Below the pieces are notes generated by a model. The model made no database searches, was not told the DNA's origin, and saw only the letters and a program-made list of their open reading frames with translations. A program made the translations under genes and the position numbers. 64,000 nt of DNA from an uncultured Chloroflexia bacterium. Its GTDB lineage: Bacteria > Chloroflexota > Anaerolineae > B4-G1 > SLSP01. The DNA lies in contig CAVVUS010000021.1 in assembly GCA_963751345.1 (NCBI GenBank), forward strand, positions 32,001-96,000, given 5' to 3'. Shown in pieces: positions 23,130 through 35,212 of this stretch (position 1 is the stretch's first letter; the number at the start of each line of letters is the position of its first letter).

Positions 23130-23298
23130 TCGCCCTCCCCGCCCCTCGCCAATCCTCTTGAGACGCTGAGAAGCCACAGCTATGTCAGTATAGCATCCGG
23201 AGTTACGCACGCAACATCACGCACGGCGGATTGCCGATCCTGGAAGCCAAGCTCACTTGTAGGCATCGGCAGACGAGCTACCACCGAAGGGACACGGC

Positions 23299-24432
23299 AT
23301 GCTGCAAAACAAGCGCATCTTGGCCATCGACGACGACACCCTGATCCGGGAGTACCTGCGTGTTGTCCTGACCCGCCAGGGAGCAAACGTGGTCACAGCG
23401 AGTACGGGCGAGGACGGGATTGGCGCTATGGAAAGGTCCAGGGAACTTCGACGCGATTCTGCTGGATATGATTCTGCCGGACCTCGATGGTGTGGAGGTG
23501 CTGAAACGCATTCGTGAGAAGGAGACAGTCGTCACGATCGTGATTCTCACCGGCGCCGGCGACATCCGGTCGGCCATTGCTGCGACGCACCATGGCGCGG
23601 ACGCCTACGTGCAGAAGCAGGACATCCCCTGAGCGATGACCCTGCTGCACTCTTCTACGCCCTGGAGCAGGCATTTGAGCGCCGGGCTGGGATTGCCACC
23701 CGACAACAGCTCGAAGACGTGAGGGCCGATCTCTATGCGATCGTCACCCACGACCTGCGCAGCCCCGCCAGCGTCATTCAGACGTCGGCCGAGATGATGC
23801 TGGATGGGGAGTTCGGACCGCTGGCACCCGAACAGGTGGAGTTGATAGAGATCATTTCAAAGTCTGCGATAAAAATGAATGCGCTGATCAGCGACTACCT
23901 CGACTTCGCCCAAATCGATGCAGGGTACCTTCGGCTGACGTTTGAGGATGTCGATCTGCAGGAACTGATCCAGGAATCCGTCAGAATGGTTCGGCTGCAG
24001 GCGCAGGTAAAGCGACAGTCCCTCAGTGTAGAGCTGCCCCCCGAGCCACTACCGGGCCTACTGGACCCGGATCGGGTTCAGCAGGTTCTCGACAATCTCC
24101 TGACAAATGCCATCAAGTACACGCCGGAGGGCGGCGCCATCAAGCTCCACCTACGGGAAGAGAACGACACCGCCACGATCACGGTCAGCGACACGGGAAT
24201 CGGCATACCGGCGGAGCATCTGGCGTTTCTGTTCACCAAATACCATCGCGTACCGGGGCCCGCTACCAGAGCCATCCGGGGCACCGGCCTGGGCCTACTG
24301 ATCGTCAAGGAGATCGTGGAAGCCCACGGGGGCACGGTCACGGCCGAGTCGCCAGGCCCCGGCAAGGGCTCGACGTTCACAGTTCGGCTGCCGCTCAGAC
24401 ACTCAGGAACAGGAACACGTTCCCTAGCCTGA
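23299..24432 (+). CDS. Hybrid receiver-histidine kinase (REC-HisKA-HATPase), two frameshifts
   Basis: ILAIDDD, ILLDMILPDLDG, THDLRSP, NLLTNAIKY, DTGIGI, GTGLGL. Confidence 0.88.
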
Positions 24433-24529
24433 CGCGGACCGCGGAGTATGATATTCAGCGACCGGGTCGTGCCTTTCTTCGCTCTTCCCGGCCATACCCG
24501 ATAAGCCTCACCGGCGGTCCCGCCGCCGA

Positions 24530-25438
24530 CTATGCCTCTGACATCGTTGCGTTGTTGGCCTCAACGGGCTGCGAGGTCGCCCCAGGCCTGACCTGGGCCA
24601 GAACCATTCCGGCCATCATCAGCCCAGCTCCGAGAGCACCACGCCCGCCAAGCTGCTCCCCTAGCATCAACCACCCGCCGAGTGCGGCGAAGGCCGACTC
24701 CATGCTCATGATGATGGCGGCAGGTGTGGGACGCGCGTGCCGCTGAGCTACGGCCTGAAGGGTATACGCAATGCCCACGGATATGAAGCCCCCGTAGAGT
24801 ATCGGGCCCAGCGCCGCCCGGATGCCCCCCCACCCTATGGGTTCCAGGATCAGGGCAGCGATCCAACTCAACACAGAGCAGACGACAAACTGCCCTGCCG
24901 CCAACGGCAGGGGATCGATACGACGCGTAAGGTGCGCGATGAGCTGGATCTGCACGGCCCAGAGAAGCGCGCTCAACAACACCCATGCGTCGCCCGGTGA
25001 CAGCGTCAGGCGTTCGGTCACACTCAGAAAGTAAAGCCCGACCACGGCCACAAGCGCGCCCACCCACGTGATCCAGGACGCCCGTTCGCCCCACACAAGT
25101 GCGAGAAGGGGGACAAGAACCACGTAGAGCCCGGTGATGAACCCGGATTTGCCCGCGGTCGTCGTCACAATGCCGATCTGTTGGGCAGACGCGGCGGCAA
25201 AGAGGACCGTGCCGACTGCAAGCCAGCCCAAGATCCGTTGTCTGAGAGAGGGCGCGTGCTCTCGCCGCTTACGCGTCCCCCAGATCAACGGAAGCAGCGA
25301 GAGAGCCCCCAACCCGAAACGAATCGCGTTAAAGGTGAAGGGGCCCACGTAGGCCATGCCCACCCGCTGCGCGACGAAGGCAAAGCCCCAGATTGCCGCG
25401 GCAAGGAGAAGAAGAAGATTCGCTTGGATTCTAGTCAT
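24530..25438 (-). CDS. DMT/EamA family transporter
   Basis: IWGFAFVAQR, AGKSGFITGLYVVLVP, IMSMESAFAAL; 10 TM segments. Confidence 0.9.
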   Translation of the reverse strand: MTRIQANLLLLLAAAIWGFAFVAQRVGMAYVGPFTFNAIRFGLGALSLLPLIWGTRKRREHAPSLRQRILGWLAVGTVLFAAASAQQIGIVTTTAGKSGFITGLYVVLVPLLALVWGERASWITWVGALVAVVGLYFLSVTERLTLSPGDAWVLLSALLWAVQIQLIAHLTRRIDPLPLAAGQFVVCSVLSWIAALILEPIGWGGIRAALGPILYGGFISVGIAYTLQAVAQRHARPTPAAIIMSMESAFAALGGWLMLGEQLGGRGALGAGLMMAGMVLAQVRPGATSQPVEANNATMSEA

Positions 25439-25548
25439 AATAGCTTTCGTCAGAATACCGTCAGATTCGCGTCAAGCACTGCATCACATCCGGAGTATAG
25501 TAAGAGTGTAAGTGAATTGGGGCCGCTAAAGAATTCTCCTCCTTCTGG

Positions 25549-25580
25549 AAACCGGGGGCACCGGGACAAGCCCCCGGTTT
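25549..25580 (-). terminator. Hairpin after the DUF401 gene
   Basis: AAACCGGGGGC-N10-GCCCCCGGTTT just past the stop at 25588. Confidence 0.6.
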
Positions 25581-25587
25581 TCTCATG

Positions 25588-26798
25588 TCACCGAAGCATC
25601 ACCAGCCCAACCGTCGCGAGCGTCACCAACCCCACCGAGGGCACGATCCGCCGGTAAATCGGGACCCAGCTCGCCTTGAAGTATTCCTTGGTCAGCGCCA
25701 GGCAGAGATGCAGCGGCGATAGCATCACCCCCATGAACCCGGCGACAAAGAGCCACAGCCCCACCGTCATTGGATCCATCGCGCCCCCAGCCAGAAGCGG
25801 CGCCACGAGCGGAACGCTCAGTGCCAGCGTCGCTGCCGCCGTCCCCGTGAGCAGGCCGGCGATCATCGGGACGACAAACGCCACGAGCATCGCCGGGAGC
25901 CCCAGGGCACTCAAAGCCTGCGGGATCTGCGTGACGGCACCGGCGTCCTCCATCACGTGCTTGAAGATCATCACGCCAAAGATCGCCGAGAAGGTGCTGA
26001 AGGGAATACTGCGTCGTGCAATGTCCCACCATTGATCGGGGCCAATGCGCTTCACGATGACGTAGAGCACGATCACGCCGATCAGGCTGAGGATCATGTT
26101 GAGCTTCAGGAGGACGACGGAGAGCATGACGAGCAACAGCGGCCACGTGCTATTGAGGAGCATGCGCCACGCCTGCCCAGTTGCCGGCCCGACGACTCAG
26201 CGGCCTGTCTCCGAATGCCAAGCAACCCCCAGATAACTCCACTGCCCAGCGCCGCGAAGGTCAAGGGCCACGAGACCCGGACGAACTCAAAGACGGATAC
26301 ATTGAGAAGCGCCGCAATCATCAGCAGCGACGAGTAGAGCGGGAAGACGTACTCCATCGAGTGGCGAAACCAGTAGTTGATGTAGGTCTTCCGATCGGGG
26401 CTCAGCTCCAGACGCTCCGCCACCTTGCCGACCATCGGGGCCGAGAACATCGCACCGCCTATCATCGGCATCAGTCCAATCATCAAGGGCACAAGAGCCA
26501 GCGTCAGGCGGCTGTCGGGCACCAGATCCTGCAGAGATCGGACCATGCCATCGGAGGCCTGCGTCCGGCGCAGCAACTCGGCGAGAACGAGGACGAGAGC
26601 GACGGCACCCACGAGGCTGACCGTGTCGGCGGCTACCAGCGCCCCCAACACGGAACGCACCCAATCGATCGCGGGGTAGGCAAAGAGCGCGGCGACGATG
26701 GCGGTGTTGAGCAGCAACACGAGACCGAGGTCCCACTTCCTCGCCAGAAGAAAGACCATCAGTCCGAGTATAGCAAGCAGTTTCAGCAGATCGATCAT
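25588..26798 (-). CDS. DUF401 family membrane protein, frameshift near 26170
   Basis: IGLMPMIGGAMFSAP, INYWFRH, GVMLSPLHLCL. Confidence 0.85.
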
Positions 26799-26828
26799 AG
26801 GATGTCGGTTACCTTGCATGACATAACA

Positions 26829-26851
26829 AAGACGCCTCGACGAGGCGTCTT
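26829..26851 (-). terminator. Inverted repeat between GH31 and DUF401 genes
   Basis: AAGACGCCTCG-a-CGAGGCGTCTT followed by TGTT on the minus strand. Confidence 0.55.
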
Positions 26852-26916
26852 CGCCAGACGGAAGTATCCTCTCGGGCCGGACGAAGTCAAGTCCGATCTC
26901 GCCGAGAGCGACGGCG

Positions 26917-29206
26917 CTACCAGCGGACCTGCACGACGCGCGGTGCGCCGCGCTGCGGATCTTCAGCTACGCTAAGGCTCAGGTCGCCCGAAGCATCGCG
27001 GGACCAAGCGTCCGGAGCGAGCGGCTCGCCATCGAGGAGGATCACCGACGGCGTGCCCACGCCGTGAATGCAGACCTCGTAGCTTCGAGTCTCAGGCATT
27101 CCGGCATAGGTTCCCAGGCGCGGCCCGATCGATAGGCGTAGCTGCGCGCCGTCGGCCTCGCAGATGATCTCCGCCCGTGCCACAGCGCCATCGCGGTAGG
27201 CGAAGGTCTCGCCGTCGTCCTCGACCAACACGAACCGGCTCGCCGTCGCGCCTTGGGGATCGGCGTAAACATGAAGTCCCACCGCCACGATCGTTCTCTG
27301 GTCGACGTAATCAACGTCAGGCCAGGTGGGAACAATCGCCCCCGCCCGCACAAACAACGGACCTGCCGGCCGGCTCCCCTTACTGGTATCGTCAGGCAAG
27401 CACGTAGACGAGATCCTGCGGCCCCTCATAGCGCCGGCCCGTCCAATAATCGAACCAGGTTCCCGACGGCAGATGAACGTGATCCTCGAAGGCAACCGCT
27501 AGAAACGCATCGCCCAGCATATACTGCTGGATCAGGTGATCGGCTTGTGGATCCTCTGGGAAGGCCAGGGCCATCGCGCGCATCATCGGCAGGCCCGTCT
27601 CGGTCGCGACGTACGCCGCCGCGTACAGATACGGCAGCAGATGGTAGCGAAGTCGCGCGTAGAACTTGAAGATCGGCTCCAGTTTCTCACCCAGGAGCCA
27701 CGGGTGCCGCCAATAGGCCCAACTACAGACCTGCGACCACGGCTGCAAAAAGCCGAAGTGGATGCCCTCCGGTGTGAAGACATCCATGTCGCAGCTCGTG
27801 TTCGAGTGGCCCGAGAGGCCGTGGTTCAGCATCGAGACCAATGGCTTTGGCCCGCCTCCCGTATCACCGGCCCACGTCGCCGTGAACTGCTGGATACCCG
27901 TATAGCCACCGGAGCTGTAGATCATGGGCCGGCGGCCCGTGTGCTCCCGAAATCCAACGTGCATCTGCTGGTTGAGCAATGTCGGATAGAGGTTGTGCAT
28001 CTCCTCGTCATCCATGCCGTTGCCCCACTTGCGGTCGGGATGCTCGTTCACCTGGCGCGCCCCGTCCATCTTAAATGCCGACACGCCTTGATCGACAAAC
28101 GGCTTGAGGTGGTCGAACCAGGGCTCCTCCGGACGCGTGAGCTTGTCCATCAGGATGGGCTCGTGCTGGTGGTAATCAAGCTCGAAGTCATCCGCGTGCT
28201 GGGCTCGTAGTTCGGGCCGCGCATACCCCGCCGCGCCCGCGCGCCGCTCCGCCTCGTAGCTCAGGTCGTAGTCACAACAGAGCCAGAGGCTCATATGAAA
28301 CCCCAGCCTCTCGGCCGCGCCCAGGAAAGTCTGCGGACCCTTGGGTGCCCACGGGGGCAAGTAGAACCGCTCGGGATCCCACCGCTTGTCCACCGAGTAG
28401 TCGTAAAAAGTCTCCATCCAGCCCGGCTCCAGCCCAACCAGGTCGCAGGGGATTCCCTCGCGCCGGAAGTTGAGGCAGTCGTCGAGCATCTCCCGTGCGT
28501 TAGCCTGTTGGTTACAGACAAACGTCAGCCCGTAACCCCAGAGAGGCAAAAGATGAGGCTTTCCGGCGATATCGGTATAGGCATCCAGCAGCGCGGGCAT
28601 GTCGTCGCCGACGAAGAGGAAGAAATCCAGCTCCCCCGCATCAGCCTGAATCTGTAGGCAGCCGGGGTCCGTTGCCCCGAGATCGAAGACGTGGCGCCAG
28701 GTGGTATTGAGTAGCAGCGCCCAGCCGCGGGTGCTCATCACATAGGGGATCGGGACGTACGACGCCACGTTGCGGACCCACATCTGTGTGCGATAGCCGC
28801 GCTTCTGGATACGGTCGCGGGTCACGTCGCCCAGACCGTAAAGCCTCTCGCCGTCAGCCAGGGTCAAGCTGACCTCGAAGCCCTCGCCGGAGCGAGGCGG
28901 TGTCGCAGTCCGCGTCAGCGTGCCGCCACCGGGCCGTGTCAGGGTGAAGGTGCCGTCGAGGCGAGACACCGTCAGGGTTGCCTCTGCCGTCGCCAATGTC
29001 ACCTGCGCAGGCTCGTCGATTACCTCCGCAGTCACCGCTGGGTCGCCCTCAACGTGCAGAATCCCGTAGCGGACGAGCGCCGGCTCGGCAAAGTCGCCGT
29101 CGGATCCCAACCGCAGCCGGAAGGTGCGTGGCCCCAGGACATCGACGCGCAGCAGAGCGCCGGTCGCCAGTCGTATCGTGTAACCTGTAGCAGGCGAGTC
29201 GGGCAT
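26917..29206 (-). CDS. GH31 alpha-glucosidase/xylosidase family with C-terminal beta domain, frameshift near 27400
   Basis: LYGLGD, FKMDG (nucleophile), WAGD (acid/base), LRYHLLPYLY, QYMLGD, EDDGET. Confidence 0.9.
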
Positions 29207-29237
29207 ATCGTCCCTCCGAGATCGCATCTGTTGAGTG

Positions 29238-30005
29238 CTACCCTACCCGGCCCGTGATGTAGGCCTCGGTGCGCTCCTCGTCAGGATTCGTGAACAGCTT
29301 GGCCGTCGGCGCGAACTCGACCAGCTCCCCCAGCCAAAAGAACGCCGTCCGGTCCGAGACGCGCGCCGCCTGCTGCATATTGTGCGTGACGATGACGATC
29401 GTGTAATCCTTGCGCAGCTCTCGCATGAGCGCTTCAACGCGGCGCGTGGCAATCGGGTCCAAGGCCGAGCAGGGCTCATCCATCAGGATCACCTCCGGGG
29501 CGACTGCCAGCGTCCGCGCGATGCAGAGCCGCTGCTGCTGCCCCAGGCCCAGGTTGAGCGCCGGGATCGACGTGTCGCCCCCAATCTCATCCCACAGGTC
29601 AACGCGTTTCAGGTACCCCTCGACGAGGTCGCGTACTTCGTTGCCCCGGGCGATCCCGAGTGAGCGGGGGCCCATGGCCACGTTGCTGAAAACCGACTGG
29701 GGAAAGGGATTGGGCTTCTGGAAGACGAGGCCGACCCGCTTCCGCAGATCGACGACATCCGTATCCTCCTGGTAGATATCCTCTCCATCGATCAGGACCT
29801 TGCCCTCCAGGCGCGTCTCGGCGATCTCGTCATTCATGCGGTTGAGACACCGCAGGAAGGTCGACTTCCCGCACCCCGACGGGCCGATGAATGCCGTGAT
29901 CTCCTGCTCGTGAACGGAGAGGCTGATGTCGAAGAGGGCCTGCTTGCTGCCATAGTAGAAATCCAGATGCTCCACCTGGATCTTGGGACGTATTTCACTC
30001 TGCAT
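29238..30005 (-). CDS. pstB: Phosphate ABC transporter ATPase (copy 1, divergent from pstSCA)
   Basis: [51 protein letters not shown]. Signature reads LGLGQ. Confidence 0.93.
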   Translation of the reverse strand: MQSEIRPKIQVEHLDFYYGSKQALFDISLSVHEQEITAFIGPSGCGKSTFLRCLNRMNDEIAETRLEGKVLIDGEDIYQEDTDVVDLRKRVGLVFQKPNPFPQSVFSNVAMGPRSLGIARGNEVRDLVEGYLKRVDLWDEIGGDTSIPALNLGLGQQQRLCIARTLAVAPEVILMDEPCSALDPIATRRVEALMRELRKDYTIVIVTHNMQQAARVSDRTAFFWLGELVEFAPTAKLFTNPDEERTEAYITGRVG

Positions 30006-30052
30006 TCATGTCACCCTTGCGGAACCATCTCCCACGGACTATGTTGGGGCGA

Positions 30053-30127
30053 AGTATAGATGACGGCGAATCCATGTCAATGTATGATCTAGCGTCCACT
30101 TGCGACCCGTCGAGATCCGTGTAGAAT
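30053..30127. promoter_or_regulatory. Back-to-back sigma70-like promoters for pstB (minus) and pstS (plus)
   Basis: Minus: TTGACA-N16-TATACT (30080-30053). Plus: TTGCGA-N16-TAGAAT (30100-30127), 8 nt before the pstS GTG. Confidence 0.55.
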
Positions 30128-30135
30128 GGGCCGTC

Positions 30136-31028
30136 GTGAGAAAGTCTATCATTATCCCTGTTATCGCCCTGCTGCTGATTGTCGCCATCGCGGCATTGGC
30201 CGGTTGTCGCCCTCAATCGAGCGGCGAGCCGGGCACAGCCGGTGGCAAGACCATCGAGAACAAGGGATCGGACACGATCGTCAACCTGGCGCTGGCGTGG
30301 GCCGAGCGGTACCAGGAGGTCCAGCCCGACGTCAGCATCGCGGTCACCGGCGGCGGCTCCGGTACCGGCATCGCGGCACTCATCAACGGCACGGTCGATA
30401 TCGCCAACGCCTCGCGCCAGATCAGCCAGGAGGAGATCGAGGCCGCACAGGCCAATGGCATCGATCCCGTGCAGTTTGTCATCGCCAGGGACGCCATCGC
30501 CGTCATCGTCCATCCCAGCAATCCGGTCGACCACCTCACGCTCCAGCAGATCTCGGACATCTACAGCGGCAAGATCACCAATTGGCAGGGGGTCGGTGGA
30601 GAGGACCGGCCCATCGTCAGGCTATCGCGCGAGACCAACTCCGGCACCCACGTCTACTTCCTGGAAGCCGTGGTCCGGTTGGGGGACCCGAATAACAAGA
30701 CGCTCTTCTCGCCCGACACGCTGCTTCTGCCCTCGTCCGAGGGCATCGGCACGGAGGTGCGCCAGAACCCGAACGCCATCGGCTACGACGGACTTGGATA
30801 CGTGACGGAAGGTATGAAAACCATCGCCATCGGCCTCACACCGGATGGGCCCTTCTGGCAGCCCAGCGTCGACACGGTGAACAGTGGGCAATATCCCATC
30901 GCGCGGGATCTTTACATGTACACGGCAGGCGAGCCCACTGGGGCAATCGCAGCCTACCTCGATTGGATCATGAACCCGAGGCCCAGAAAATCGTGCTGGA
31001 GTTGGGCTTTGTGCCCATTCTGGAGTAA
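30136..31028 (+). CDS. pstS: Phosphate-binding lipoprotein, frameshift near 30977
   Basis: Lipobox LAGC, KGSDT, GGGSGTGI, SRETNSGT, YPIARDLYMYT; shifted frame ends EAQKIVLELGFVPILE. Confidence 0.92.
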
Positions 31029-31031
31029 CCC

Positions 31032-31985
31032 ATGAGGTTTCGAAACCAACCCACCGACCCCAGAACGCAACCGTCAAGTCTGGCCGTGCGCCAGCGAAGG
31101 ATGGGCCTCGTCGATACGCTGATCGAACGTGGCATCCAGACCACCGGCATCGCGACCGTCGTGCTGGTGGTGATGATCTTCCTCTTTCTGATGCGGGAAG
31201 GCCTGCCCGCCTTCCTCGAAGTGCCGCTGTCCAATCTCCTGGCCACCCGGTGGTATCCCATTGAGGGACACTTTGGCCTGATGCCCCTGATCGCCGGCTC
31301 ACTGATGGTCACCTTAGGCGCGGCGATCATCGCGCTTCCCTTGGGCGTGGCGACAGCGATCTTTATCGCGGAGATCATCCCCGACTGGGCCCGCGAGATC
31401 CTCAAGCCATTCGTGGAGATACTCGCCGGCATTCCTTCAGTCGTTATCGGCTTCATGGGCATGGTCGTGATCGCGCCTTTCTTCCGTGTGGCGCTTAACA
31501 TCCCGACCGGGCTGACGGCGTTTACCGGAATCGTGCTGTTGGCGTGGATGGCGTTGCCGACCGTCGTGAGTGTCGTCGAGGATGTGCTTGATACCGTTCC
31601 GCGGACCTACCGCGAAGCCGGACTGGCATTGGGAATGACACAGTGGCAGACCATCGCCAAGATCGTGCTTCCGGCGGGTCGGTCAGGGATCCTCACCGCC
31701 CTGATGTTAGGCGTCGGGCGCGCCATCGGCGAGACGATGACGGTGATGATGGTGACCGGCAATGCGCCACGCATGCCCAAGGGCCCCTTCGATGTCTTCG
31801 CACCCGTGCGAACGATGACCGCGACGATCGCCGCCGAGATGGGCGAGGTGGCGCAGGGGAGCACCCATTACCACGTCCTCTTCGCCGTCGGCCTGACGCT
31901 TTTCGTCATCACCTTTATCGTCAACCTGGCAGCGGCGTCGGTGGTCTTCCGAAGCACCAAGCGCGCCGAACGGATGCTCTCGTGA
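31032..31985 (+). CDS. pstC: Phosphate ABC transporter permease
   Basis: EILAGIPSVV, GRAIGETM, TMTATIAAEMGE. Confidence 0.93.
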   Translation: MRFRNQPTDPRTQPSSLAVRQRRMGLVDTLIERGIQTTGIATVVLVVMIFLFLMREGLPAFLEVPLSNLLATRWYPIEGHFGLMPLIAGSLMVTLGAAIIALPLGVATAIFIAEIIPDWAREILKPFVEILAGIPSVVIGFMGMVVIAPFFRVALNIPTGLTAFTGIVLLAWMALPTVVSVVEDVLDTVPRTYREAGLALGMTQWQTIAKIVLPAGRSGILTALMLGVGRAIGETMTVMMVTGNAPRMPKGPFDVFAPVRTMTATIAAEMGEVAQGSTHYHVLFAVGLTLFVITFIVNLAAASVVFRSTKRAERMLS

Positions 31986-32012
31986 CCCAGGACTCGGACC
32001 AAGGTTGACGTT

Positions 32013-32858
32013 ATGAATCGACGGATCTCCCAGCGACTGGCCTTTGCCTTGATCTCCCTGGCGGCTGCCCTGGTGATTCTGCCCATTTTCTACATCATCG
32101 GCTACATCGTGGTCCAGGGCGCCGGGGCCATCTCGTGGTATTTTCTCACGGAGATGCCCCGCGACGGTATGAAGGCGGGAGGCGTGCTGCCCGCGATCGT
32201 CGGTACGCTGCTCCTTACCGGCGGAACCGCGATTGTGGCGGTGCCCATCGGCGTCGGGGGCGCGATCTACCTGGCGGAGTACGCTCACGACTCCGGCACG
32301 ACGCGCGCGATCCGTATCGCCATCATCAACCTGGCAGGGATCCCCTCGGTCGTCTACGGGCTCTTCGGGCTCGGCCTCTTCGTGATCTTCCTCAACTTCG
32401 GCACCTCAATCCTGGCAGGGTCGTTGACGCTCGGGATCATGACGCTGCCGGTAATCATCAGCACCGCGGAAGAGGCGCTGCGCGCCGTCCCGCAGTCCTT
32501 CCGCCTGGTCAGCACCAGCCTGGGCGGCACGCGCTGGCAGACGATCCGCCGGGTCGTGCTCCCGCAGGCGCTGCCGGGCATCATCACGGGCGTCATCCTG
32601 GGCGTCGAGCGGGCTGCGGGCGAGACGGCGCCCATCCTCTTCACGGCGGCGGCCTTCTTCCTTCCCAAGCTGCCCAAATCGATCTTCGATCAGACGATGG
32701 CGCTGCCCTATCACCTCTTTGTGATCAGCACCCAGGTCCCCGGCATGCCCATCCAGATCCAGTACGGCACGGCGCTGGTATTGCTCACGTTCGTGCTGTC
32801 GATCAACCTGGTGGCAACCTTTATCCGTCGCCACTACCGTAAGCAGCGCGTATGGTAA
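32013..32858 (+). CDS. pstA: Phosphate ABC transporter permease
   Basis: IYLAEY, LAGIPSVVYGLFG, RAAGETAP. Confidence 0.93.
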   Translation: MNRRISQRLAFALISLAAALVILPIFYIIGYIVVQGAGAISWYFLTEMPRDGMKAGGVLPAIVGTLLLTGGTAIVAVPIGVGGAIYLAEYAHDSGTTRAIRIAIINLAGIPSVVYGLFGLGLFVIFLNFGTSILAGSLTLGIMTLPVIISTAEEALRAVPQSFRLVSTSLGGTRWQTIRRVVLPQALPGIITGVILGVERAAGETAPILFTAAAFFLPKLPKSIFDQTMALPYHLFVISTQVPGMPIQIQYGTALVLLTFVLSINLVATFIRRHYRKQRVW

Positions 32859-33624
32859 GCGCATCGCCTGACGTCAAGATCCGCATCGACGACCTGACGG
32901 TCGCCTACTCGGATGGCACCGAGAGCCTGACGGGCATTACGATGGATATCTACGTCCACCAGGTCAACGTGCTCTTCGGGCCGTCGGGGGGCGGCAAGAG
33001 CACGCTGCTCAGGACGCTCAATCGCCTCAACGACCTCGCCGACGTGGCTACACAGCGGGGGCGGATCTTGGTCGACGGCGAGGACATCCTGGATCCCGAC
33101 CTCGACGTGATCCAGTTGCGGCGACGCTTGGGCATCGTCTTCGCCAGCCCCGTGCCGCTCCCGTTCTCCATCTACGAGAACGTGATCTACGGGCTGAGGC
33201 TGGCGGGGATCAGGGACCGTCGGTGCTCGATGCCGCCGTGGAGCGGGCACTCAAGCAGGCCGCGCTTTGGGACGAGGTTGCTGATCGCTTGCCCGATAGC
33301 GCCTACACGCTCTCCGGCGGGCAGCAGCAGCGGCTCTGTCTCGCGCGGTCGCTGGCGCTTGAGCCCGAAGTGATCATGCTCGACGAACCCACCTCCGGGC
33401 TCGACCCCATCTCCACCTTCAAGGTCGAGCAGACGCTACAGGAACTCAAGAAGGAATACACAATCCTGATCGTGCCCCACAGCGTGCAGCAGGCTGCCCG
33501 CATCGCCGATTGGGCCGCCTTCTTCCTCCAGGGCGAGTTGGTCGAATGGGGCGACGGCCACCAGATCTTCACCACTCCGAAGGACACACGCACCGAGGAA
33601 TACATCACGGGCCGCTTCGGGTAG
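32852..33624 (+). CDS. pstB: Phosphate ABC transporter ATPase (copy 2), frameshift near 33222
   Basis: [41 protein letters not shown]-loop reads VFASP. Confidence 0.9.
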
Positions 33625-33662
33625 GCGGGGCAGCTGCGACCGCTTAGGCTCAGAGGTCTCAC

Positions 33663-34678
33663 TCATAGCCTAAGCAAACTCGCGCTCGTAGGCCTTCGAA
33701 AGATCCGCGAGCGCGTGGGCAGCCTCGCCCTGCAGCTCGGCCAGGACACGGAAGTCATCCCTGAGAGCTCTCCCGAAAGCCTGAGCTCTCCCAGGCCTCG
33801 TGGAAAGGCTGCCATCCACAGTACGCCGACGTGATATCCGCCATCGCACGATAGCGATCGATGGCGGCCTGCCAGGGCAGATCCCACGCGATGACCGTGC
33901 TGGCATCCTCCAGGAAGCGCACAGCGCTGCGCTGGGTGCCCAGCATGCGCATCAGCGTGCGGTGGGCACAGCTATCGCCGTGGGATTGGCACGAGGGACA
34001 GAAGACCGACTCGTCCATCTTCTCGGCAGCCTCCGCGTAAAGCGCCGGGCCATAGCGAAGGTTCTCCTCCGGTCCGTGGCCTGCCGCGACCCTGGCACCG
34101 AACTGAAGCGTAGCGCTAACACTTCTCTCCAGATCGAGCGATGGCGAGATGGGATTGAGCACATAGGCGAGTTGCGCCTTCGCGGGTCCCCAGATCTGCT
34201 GGACGAGGTCCTCAAAGCCGGGCACCGTCGCAAAGGGAAGCTGGTCCAGATCACGGTCCCAACCGACAAGCACGCTCCACGCAGGCCAGGTGCGCATGAT
34301 CACCGCGTCGCCGCGGTCCAGGGCAGCCCGCAGTCGCGCGAAGTGGTGCTCGTGCGGTTCGGGCAGCATGCCCGTCTGCTCGTAAGTCTGACGGGCAGCA
34401 TCGTCCCACGTCGCCTCACGCGTGACCCGCTCCACAGTGAAACCCAGCGCGCGGCCCAGGAAACACATGCGCGCCTCCGAACCCGCCTCCATCCACCACG
34501 CGGTGCACTCCTCATCGGGGTCAAGCACAGGGGAGAAGGCGATCCCCGCCAGACCGGCGACCCAATCATAGCCCACCGGGTGATCCCAGACATCCAGCAC
34601 GGCGACCAGACACGCGGTTAGTGAATCGATCTGGTTAGGGTCGCCGCGAACACAAACACGCTCTCGAGCGACAGTCAT
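33663..34678 (-). CDS. Hypothetical protein, frameshift near 33760
   Basis: GAGGA RBS; protein-like composition; CPSC-x6-C cluster. Confidence 0.65.
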
Positions 34679-34944
34679 CTTTCCTCCTCTTGTTCCGCAA
34701 CGTCTCCGACCCACCGGCGACTACCTATTCCACAGCGCAGATGATGGGGCATCCGCATCTGTATAGCCGAAATTGTAGGCGCCAGCCGGAAAAGTGCAAA
34801 AAGCGAGCTCAAACCGATCCGGACTCCGCGCCGCCATCGTGTCGCAACCCGGTAGCTAACCCAACACGCATCCGCACCGGGCACTGGCAGCGACGCTAGT
34901 AGTACACTGTGACTAGAAAGGTAAGAGACGACAAGGAGGGAACA

Positions 34945-35208
34945 ATGGCACCTATTCTGATCTGGATCATCGTGGGGATCATCGCCGGGTGGCTTGCCGG
35001 CTTGGTCGTGAAAGGGCGCGGCTTTGGTATCGTCGGCGACTTGATCGTCGGCATCCTGGGCGGCATCCTGGGCGGCATCATCTTCCGGGGGTTGGGTCTC
35101 GGGGTCTCGGGCATCTTGGGCGAGATCATCGTGGCCTTTGTCGGCGCGGTCGTGCTGGTCGCCATCGTCAGGAGCGCTACGGCGGGTGTAGAGGCTCGTC
35201 ATAGCTGA
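34945..35208 (+). CDS. GlsB/YeaQ/YmgE (transglycosylase-associated) membrane protein
   Basis: WIIVGIIAGWLA...GDLIVGILGG...AFVGAVVL; AAGGAGG RBS. Confidence 0.92.
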   Translation: MAPILIWIIVGIIAGWLAGLVVKGRGFGIVGDLIVGILGGILGGIIFRGLGLGVSGILGEIIVAFVGAVVLVAIVRSATAGVEARHS

Positions 35209-35212
35209 GTCT

